A stretch of DNA of 63,394 nt, filler included, from Craspedostauros australis (lineage: Eukaryota): NCBI GenBank assembly GCA_030167865.1. It is 8 parts of 8 records of this genome, joined end to end, with 100 filler letters (N's around TTAATTAATTAA, not from the genome) between each part and the next. Parts side by side here need not be neighbours in the genome. Positions count along the whole stretch, not along the records: positions 1 to 28,731 come from JALAGF010006435.1; 7 more parts are not named here. One strand, given 5' to 3'. Positions 1 to 8,800 of the stretch are shown one piece after another (positions within the stretch are counted from its first letter, which is position 1; every line of letters begins with the position of its first letter). The notes below the pieces were generated by a model that had not been told where the DNA came from, ran no database searches, and saw only the letters and a program-made list of their open reading frames with translations. The translations under genes were made by a program, and so were the position numbers.

Positions 1-499
1 ATAGTCGGGAGACTCCGAGACAGAATCGGAATAGCAACGTAATGAAATAGCAAGCAGAATTGTAACCACCACCACCACCAACACCACTGTATGCAATCAC
101 AAGAATACCCATGAGCAGAACTTGCCAACAGAGATCATGGATATGCAAGGAGGAGTTTGGACGAGATATTGGCAACTACACGCAGAGNNNNNNNNNNNNN
201 NNNNTACACGCAGAGTAGTGGGTCAGTAGAAGATGAGCGGACTGACTACGTATCGAATACGGAGTACATATCGAGTACGGAATATCGCATAGTCCCAACA
301 TGCAAGAGAGAGAGAGAGAGAATGCAAGAAACAGCGAGAGAGCATCTCGCGTGCCAACTCATAGTTGGGAGACACCAAGAGCATTGGGAGACTCCGAGAG
401 GCATCGGAGCAACATACTGAAATAGCAAACAGAATCGTAACTACCACCACCACCACCACCATCGTCAGCAGTCGCAAGAGTATCCGTGAACAGAACTTG

Positions 500-3159
500 C
501 CAACAGCCTGTATCCCAAGTTCCAGGCTTGTGCCCTTGCACATGCGGTGTATGTCAAGAATAGGCTTTGGCACTCCATCATTGACACCACTCTGTACCAG
601 CTTCCTCATGGCATAAAGCCCAACCTGAGCCACCCGCAAGTCTTGGTTCCAGAGTGGTTGTGTGCAAGCCCAGCCATCCTGCCACAAAGCTGGACATCCA
701 TACCTGCGACAGCATCTTCGTGGGTCATACTGCCACACCCATGCTCCATAAATATTTTGACTTGGATTCGGGGTGTATCAAGACCGCTGGCAACCTGATC
801 TTTGATGAGGCCCACTTCTCTGCCCATAAACGTTCGCCAGGACCATGACTTCTGTTCGACCTCAGGTTTCAACTGCCTCACGATGGCAATGGCATACATG
901 GCTCAGGTGCTGAGAAAGCCAAGACGGACAGTCATACGCCTTTCTATCAAGTGCGCCAACTACATTTTGCATGATAGTGACATGCTCCATGAAGCTGCAG
1001 CAGCATACTCTGTTGACGGTGTTGACAGTGTTGACAGTGCCTACATCGTGCGCATGACTGGGGATCCCTACGAAAGGGCATTCCAACAGCGCATCCGCCT
1101 CTCCAGAAACAATTCAACTGCAGGGTTGGAATTTGTGCCTGATGAGCTCTGAGGACGTCTGCGTCTCACATGATGCAAACCAGGTTCAGCTGCAGCACGC
1201 ATTCTGCAGTGGAGATCCTGGCTCAAGGGTGCCTACTTGTTGGCCATCAGCGACCATGACATCCGCTCGCTGCTGGATCTCACCCAGGCTGTACTGGATG
1301 CGTGCGACGCGGTCTTTGCGTTCGGTGATGTTCAAAACTCCCTCACACAGCACAGTATTCCACATATGTATTTTTGACCAACTTGGGCATATCGGCTCCA
1401 TCCTCCATCACATCTCACCAACTGCATGTCAAGTGGAGGCTGCTCCGAAGCTCACCTGGCGCAAACTGCTCCAGCGCGATGGCTGGGATGAGTGACAACA
1501 AGCCAAATTCAAGAAAATGGAGCAATGCTATCACCAAGGCATGTTCTGCGAGCTCATCGAGGAACCACCAGGCGCAACGGTCTTCAACTGGGTTTGGTTC
1601 TACGTCGTATAGACGCAAGAGAGCAACCGCAAAAAGGCTTGTGCCATTTCTGATGGGTCCACCTGGGGAGGCAATGTGCACATCTTTGGTCACACATACG
1701 CTGCTACTCCCGACCTCATGGAGTTCCGCATCTTGGTGGCCATTGTTGAAGTGCAAGGACTGCTCATGTACGGAGCTGACATCGCGAATGCAGTCNNNNN
1801 NNNNNNNNNNNNNNNNNNNNNNNNNNNNNNNNNNNNNNNNNNNNNATCTCACCAACTGCATGTCAAGTGGAGGCTGCTCCGAAGCTCACCTGGCGCAAAC
1901 TGCTCCAGCGCGATGGCTGGGATGAGTGACAACAAGCCAAATTCAAGAAAATGGAGCAATGCTATCACCAAGGCATGTTCNGCGAGCTCATCGAGGAACC
2001 ACCAGGCGCAACGGTCTTCAACTGGGTTTGGTTCTACGTCGTATAGACGCAAGAGAGCAACCGCAAAAAGGCTTGTGCNATTTCTGATGGGTCCACCTGG
2101 GGAGGCAATGTGCACATCTTTGGTCACACATACGCTGCTACTCCNGACCTCATGGAGTTCCGCATCTTGGTGGCCATTGTTGAAGTGCAAGGACTGCTCA
2201 TGTACGGAGCTGACATCGCGAATGCAGTCACCAAAGCGCCTGCCAGCGCACAACGTCACTACATGCAAATCGATGATCAGTTCCACAGCTGGTGGAAGCA
2301 CAACCATGACGTTGTTCTGGGTCAACACATGGTTGTGCTTTTCTCAAGAATCTACAGAGCATCCTGAAGCACCGCTACAGCAGAGTCCACATACCAATTG
2401 GCTACTCAAGGACATGGGGTTCACTGCAACAACTCAAGCACCATGTTTGCACATTGGAAACCTTCACACCCACAATGTGTACGTGCCCTGGCAGGTGGAC
2501 AACTTTGCAGTGGCAACCAAGGATGAGACCTTTTACAAGGAGTTCTGTGACATGCTCGATGCTTGGCTGAACTATCCCATCACTTGGCACAGTCTGTTTG
2601 CACACTACAACGGACTGGATCTCACTCAGGCCTGATGACATGTGTATGTGCACTGCTCCACATACATCGACAAGGCGCTCAAGCAACACGATTGGCATGG
2701 ATTGAAGTCTACACAACGCCTACCCATGCGCACAGACAATAGACATGTGTGGCAATTGGATCAGGCAGTCTTACCCAACATGGAAGCCAAGCATCATGGT
2801 CTGCAATCCAAGTCCTTCAGCTACCACTAAGCCATTGGCAAGCTCATCTGGGCTATGGTTTCCTGTCACCCTGACATCTTCTTCCCTGTGGTGAAGCTGA
2901 GCCAAGTCTTGATGAACCCTGCACATGTACACTACAAAGCTGTCAAATACCTCTTCAGGTATGTTGCATCCACCAGGGACTTTGAGATCACCTACTGGTG
3001 ACAGTCTCCTGTCCCGCAGCTTGCAGATGTGGCAGCACTGAAACAACTCGTGCCTGCCAACAACAAGCACTACAGCCTGGCGGACCAGGCCACCATCCAG
3101 GCGACTTTCCTCTACGTATATGTGGACGCCGATTGGGGTGCCAATACAAGGCATTGAAA
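500..3159 (+). mobile_element. Decayed Ty1/copia (diatom CoDi-like) pol relic, left part: integrase C-terminus, RT, start of RNase H
   Basis: Broken frames read AHAVYVKNRLWHS...KLDIHTCDSIFVGH...IFDEAHFS (integrase C-terminus), FGHTYAATPD...YGADIANA and WQVDNFAVA (RT; decayed RQVDD at 2489-2503), and YVDADWGA (RNase H start, ~3118-3142). Many stops and frameshifts. Confidence 0.88.
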
Positions 3160-3285
3160 CAATACCAGAACCCCAAAAAACGAAACAAACGATAACACTA
3201 GATAAAGGAAAAAAGAAACACATCAACAAAATCAGTACTCAAACTACAGCAAATTCTACGTGACACGAAAGATACCGACACGACC

Positions 3286-5736
3286 ATGAAGGCAACCAAA
3301 CATGTTAGAATCGTAGACGACAAAGCCGACGACGTTGAGATGATGGATGAGCAAGGACCAGCTGTGCAGACAGCAGCTCCCAAGCCACCTCCCAAGCCAA
3401 ATCCGAAAGCAATCGAAGAAGAGGCGATGGAGAAACGAGGGGAAATAGCGACGACGTGGAAAGATCCGAACACCGCACGCTGGAAAAAGCTCCATGACAC
3501 CATCATTCAACAAGCCAAAGCCTTCCGGCCAGACGAGATGTACGGTGAAGAGGACAGAGCCCTGCACAACCAGACGAAGAAGACCCTGGTCATGAAAGCG
3601 AGGTGGGAGAAAAGCGACACGGCAATGGTGTCGGCGTACATCCCCACCATAAGCGAAATGACGGGGTTTTTCCAGACGGTGATGGATGGGCGCACAACCA
3701 AGTTGGGAAAAACAAAAGTGACTTCGGATGATCCGGCACGAGTGGCCATCAAGCAGCTCGTCGCGGATCTATCTCTCACCAATCCCATCCGGTGTTTTGC
3801 GGATGCCCTCAAGCCCGGCAACAAGACCATGGCGGCTAATCAGATGACCATTTTATGGGCAGCAGCAACAAACTACATGGGCTGCCAATACATGGATGAG
3901 CAAGCCCCGCCGGAGGTCGACTCCGAAAACGAGAAGATGAAGGTGGACAGTGATGACGAAAGCTATGATCTGGAAGTTCTCATGACGAAGAAACCACTGA
4001 AGCAAGCCAACCTAACCGCCTACACAACAGCAACACGAATCACATCACCAGCCCCGCGAGACGCAGCAGGCAACCTCAAAGCTGCACGAGCTCCAACAGC
4101 CGAAGAGAGCCAGCCAAACGGAGAGGACGATGACGACAAAGGCGAAGGTTGGACCATCCTGCAAAAGAAATCTGCCCCACAGATGTCCAGCCCCAAGCGA
4201 AGGTACTACGAGCGGTTCGAAATGCGATTGAAGATTTCCAAAGGCTCCAAAACGCCGGTCAGAGACTTTCAAGAACGCTTTCGATCGTGGTATGAAGATG
4301 CTCTGGATATGGACAAAAGTCTGATCATCAGCCCCTGGTACAAGAAAAACAAGGCCAAAGGCTGCATCGTCACCGCTGATGATATTCCCGCAGCATGGAA
4401 AGATCTCCGGTACTTCATTGGAAGAGCTAACCCAACGTCCAAGAGCGAGGATGTCTATCTCCAAGTGCTCCTGTCATCGAACATGGACATGCAAATGTTC
4501 ACGAGCTGGAATACGGAGCTCGAGGGAGCCTATCTGGAAGGTGAATACTCATACATTCAAGATCTCAAGGATGCAGAACACACGACGGAGATTGGATTCA
4601 TGGCGTACTCAGGCAACTTCACCAAACCCAAACAGGCCCTCAAGATCATCAATCAACTTCTGGAAGGAAAGCGAGCAAAACTTAAGGTCGGAGGAAGGGT
4701 GAAATACATGGGGAAAGTGTCAGAGGAAGTGAAGGAGCAACACCTTCAGCTAGGCGGCAGCTGGTACAACGCCCCATGGATGGCTCTACATCTTCATGCA
4801 GACGTCAAAGACGCACGAAGAGCCTCCAAAATCCTGGGCAAGATCTTCAACACGAAGGAAGGTGATCGAGGCGGACTCAACTACAGATATGTTCCAAAGC
4901 CCGGGACATCAGTGATGGGGGCAAAGACAGCTGCGAAGGTGCAGGCGATGACCCGAAAGCATCAAAGCTACGTCCGCCGGCTCAAGTACGAGCAGCTCAA
5001 GGGAGACTTCGCGTTGGATATGAAGGATCCAGAGACTCAGACAATTACTCTCCGGGAATTCCTGGCCAACCAAACCATTGAAGGGTGTCCGATGATCCAC
5101 GATGTCAGCACAACACACATGTCTGACGGGAAGGAAGACGCAATCCACATTGTCGCGTTCGAAGAGCGCTATGCACAAGCGGTAGGATTGCTTCACACCA
5201 TCGGGATCAGATGCTCCTCGGAGATCAACGAGTCCACCAACAAGTGGTTCTCTGAAGACATCGTCGCCATGAGCAGCAACATGATCAAAGACACAAATGG
5301 AGAATACGTGGACGTTGAGACCGAAGAAGAGATGGACTTTCTCTTGGACGAAGGATTCGGCAACGTGGTCATCGAAGGTATCAACATCATGGAGAGGGAC
5401 AACGAAGCGCCAAAGCGCAAGAAGGCGCGATTGGAAGACGAAAGCTTCAAAACCTTTGGAACGGAGTTTGGGAAGTCGATGGCATCGTCCAGATACACGA
5501 TCCCAGAGTCACAGACAGCAATAGATGAAAGAGAGGCAATCGAAGCAGAACTGGAAGAAGCTATGCGAATGGCCAGAGAGGCTCAAGAATTGGAGGCAAG
5601 TCGTGTTCGAGTGCAGGAACAAAAGAGCACGATAGCCAGCCAGGAATCAATCATCGCGGCCTTGCGCGCCCAACTAGCGGCGTCCGAAGTCCAGCCACCC
5701 GCTCCAAGCAAAGGCGGGGGCGAGGACCAAGAATAA
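3286..5736 (+). CDS. LINE ORF1 protein (816 aa) with C-terminal coiled coil
   Basis: Uninterrupted ORF directly upstream of ORF2. Its C-terminal part aligns by eye with ORF1 of copy 2 (FEE..AQA, KWFS.D, LL.E.F, I..LRA.L). Confidence 0.88.
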   Translation: MKATKHVRIVDDKADDVEMMDEQGPAVQTAAPKPPPKPNPKAIEEEAMEKRGEIATTWKDPNTARWKKLHDTIIQQAKAFRPDEMYGEEDRALHNQTKKTLVMKARWEKSDTAMVSAYIPTISEMTGFFQTVMDGRTTKLGKTKVTSDDPARVAIKQLVADLSLTNPIRCFADALKPGNKTMAANQMTILWAAATNYMGCQYMDEQAPPEVDSENEKMKVDSDDESYDLEVLMTKKPLKQANLTAYTTATRITSPAPRDAAGNLKAARAPTAEESQPNGEDDDDKGEGWTILQKKSAPQMSSPKRRYYERFEMRLKISKGSKTPVRDFQERFRSWYEDALDMDKSLIISPWYKKNKAKGCIVTADDIPAAWKDLRYFIGRANPTSKSEDVYLQVLLSSNMDMQMFTSWNTELEGAYLEGEYSYIQDLKDAEHTTEIGFMAYSGNFTKPKQALKIINQLLEGKRAKLKVGGRVKYMGKVSEEVKEQHLQLGGSWYNAPWMALHLHADVKDARRASKILGKIFNTKEGDRGGLNYRYVPKPGTSVMGAKTAAKVQAMTRKHQSYVRRLKYEQLKGDFALDMKDPETQTITLREFLANQTIEGCPMIHDVSTTHMSDGKEDAIHIVAFEERYAQAVGLLHTIGIRCSSEINESTNKWFSEDIVAMSSNMIKDTNGEYVDVETEEEMDFLLDEGFGNVVIEGINIMERDNEAPKRKKARLEDESFKTFGTEFGKSMASSRYTIPESQTAIDEREAIEAELEEAMRMAREAQELEASRVRVQEQKSTIASQESIIAALRAQLAASEVQPPAPSKGGGEDQE

Positions 5737-5854
5737 TGACAGGCTGGGGGCAGGCGAAGCATCGTCAACCACCCCCGCAAGCCAAACAGATGCAACCCCG
5801 GAGGAAAGGCGTCGGGAAGGGCCGGACCTCCTCGACAAGCACTGGGGAGACTCT

Positions 5855-8800
5855 ATGTTCACCAAAGGCGGCACTATGATACGAATAGCCGCCTTGAACG
5901 TGGGATGTCTCCAGGCTGAGTCGAAACATTGGAAGAATGATGACCTGTGGCAATGGGTCAAGCAGCAGAAGATAGATGTTGCTCTCCTCTCAGAAATAGG
6001 AGTCAATTGGTCCAAGATTGGTCGAATGAATTCGTGGAAGTCCAGGACCAAGAAGCACGTCTACACGGAACGGCATTCACTGTCATATAACGAGAGAGAA
6101 CAGATGGGCAGCCTGAGACAATGGGGCGGCACAGCTTGTACAATGATAGGGAACATCGCAGGAAGGTACAAAAGCAGGGCCAATGATCCGCGCAAGCTCG
6201 GCAGATGGGCAAGCATGGCGATCAGAGGTAAATGCGACACAACCATCAGGTTTGTCAGCGTGTACATTCCCAACAAAGGAGGTCTCAGCGCGGGAACGGT
6301 CCACAACCAGCAAGCCTCTTGGCTAGAGTCACAGGATATTCATACACCACCCATTTCGCAGCTCATCCAAGACCTCGAGACATCGATCCAACAGTGGAAG
6401 GAAGCAGGCGAAACGGTGATAGTAGGCGGCGATGTCAATATGCCGGTGAATCGCTCTCAGATGGCCAACATGATGGCGAGGCAACACATGAAGGAGGCGA
6501 TTCTCAGCAGGCATCCGACGGGCCCAGGCATATCCACCAACGTGCGGGCGAACACAGACAGAGTCATTGACGGCTTATGGGTGCCGGCGTCGCTGCAAGT
6601 GGTGCGATCAGGATACAGCGAATTTGGCCCCTGGGATCATCGCACAGCTTGGATAGAGGTAACCCAAGACTCGGTCTTCGGCACAACCAGTCGCCCCACC
6701 CGCAAGTTTGAAGGCAGAAGAGTGCGTCTGAACAGGCCCATCACGGTCCAGCGGTATCAGGCGGAAGTCAGAAAGCAATACAGGCGAGTAAACATGCAGC
6801 GAAGGGTCGAGAGTTTACAGGTGGAGGTCGCATCGTCGCAAGCGCTCACCCCGGGCCAAGCGGAACGAATGGAGTCCATCGACCGAGACCGCACGCACAT
6901 CATGCTGGCAGCAGAGAAGAAAGCCAGGACTATACACATGGGTAAGGTCCCATTCTCCCCAGAGGTCAAAAAGAGAGCCATGGAGAAGCAGTTTTGGAAT
7001 CTTGCGTGGAAGCGGCGAGGAGGCAAGAAAGTGAGCTCCCGTTGGTATGAAAGAGCGAAAAAACAGGCCGGTATCTCAACCCGCACAGCCACTCTCAGCA
7101 AAGAGGACCTGAATAGCAAGCGAAAGCGAGCGCATGAGAAATGGAAGAAAGCAAAAAAAGACGCACAGAAACATCGGGCCACTTTCCTGCAGCAGAGAGC
7201 AGATGAGGAAGCCAAGGCGGGCAACACATCCGCGGAATCCGCTCTAGTCTCTATACAGAAACGAGAAGAGATAGTGGAAACTTTTCGCGCCATACGGCAG
7301 GTGGTGGGGGACTACGATCCCAACAGCAAAGTGACAATGGTTATCGCCAACAACGAAAATGGCGAAGAGGAGGTGTACGACAAAGAGCAGGCAGTCATTA
7401 CCCAGTGTATGAAAGCCAACGAGTCCAAATACAGACAAGCGTACGTGACTCCGCTCCAACATCCCAGCTTCGCTCGAGACGTGCGGCGCATGGGCATACC
7501 ATCAGCCCAACACAAACATTGTCGCAAGCTCGGTCAACACGACAGTCGTTTGCTCGAAGAACTTGGCAAACCTGGCGCAGTACCATGGAAGGCAGAAGAT
7601 CTCCACATCACAACGTCCAGCCATCAACAGCTGTGGTCCAAGGCAAGGGAGAAGACTACGTCGGGCCCGTCCGGTCTCCATTTCGGGCTGTGGAAGGCAA
7701 ATGCCAAGTGCGATGATCTTGCAACGGTCGATGCAGCCATGCGGGAGGTGTCTCTGCGGACAGGATACAATCTGAGGCGGTGGCTGAGATGCACCGATGT
7801 CACCCTGCTGAAGGAACCAGGAAATTTTCGAGTCTCCAGGTTCCGTACCATCAGCCTGGTGGAAGGAGATTTCAACGCGAACCTCAAGTGGATTGGCAAA
7901 GTCATGATGAAACACGCGGAGACCCACCAGATGTTGCCGGAAGAACAGTACGGCAGCCGCAAGCAGCGAAGCGCAGCAGAAGTTAGTCTCAACAACAGAA
8001 TGACGGACGACATCATCAGGATTACGGCGGCCACCAGCTGCATATGCTCCAACGACGCAAAAAGCTGTTATGACCGGATGGCGCACACTCCTCTCGAGCT
8101 CAGCATGCGACGACTGGGAGTGCCCAAAGTCGTAGGGGAAAGCGTGACATCGGCAGTTCAAACCATGCAGCACCATGTGCTGACGGGCTTTGGGCGATCC
8201 ACGCGAACATATCCTCACCGAGGACCCAAATTGCAGGGACTGCTGCAAGGCTTGGGTATATCGCCGGCAGGTTGGGTGGCAATGAGTTCTCCAATCATGA
8301 CTGCCATGACAGAAAGTGGATTCGGATTCAAGTCCGTCAGCCCAACCAAGAAAGTCTCCACGAAGCTGGTATGTTTCTCGTTTGTGGACGACACGGACCT
8401 GATTCATTCGGTGCAGTCGGACGTCAGCGATCCCGAAGGATGCGTCACGGAGATTCAGCAGGTGGTAGACGCGTGGGAAGGCATGTTGCGTGCAACCGGA
8501 GGAGCCCTCGAACCTCGGAAAAGCTACTGGTACCTAATGTCATTCAAGTGGGAAGGTACCGGATGGCGATACAAGACGATCGAAGAGCATCCAGGCGACA
8601 TCAACATCCGTCAACCCGACAGCCAAGAACGATCCACGCTGCTAAGGCTCCGAGTTGATCAAGCCCGAAAAGCGCTTGGCGTCATGGTTAGGCACGACGG
8701 AGTGCAGCAGGACAACGAGAAGTATTATATGAGCAAAGCCGAACTATGGGCCGACAAGATGAGGAGAGGGCGCATGCTCCGCACTCATGCATGGATTGCC

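Noticed and set aside
1412..2229. Tandem duplications flanking N gaps (also 34756-35405, 43927-44982, 54196-54832, 59101-59233, 61704-62472)
   Set aside because: Each pair sits exactly either side of a ~50-N gap, typical of unmerged overlapping contig ends or collapsed alleles and copies.
7502..8407. 301-aa antisense ORF and many other short ORFs within the LINEs
   Set aside because: No recognisable motifs and not preserved as equivalent ORFs across copies; explained by the GC-rich sense ORF.
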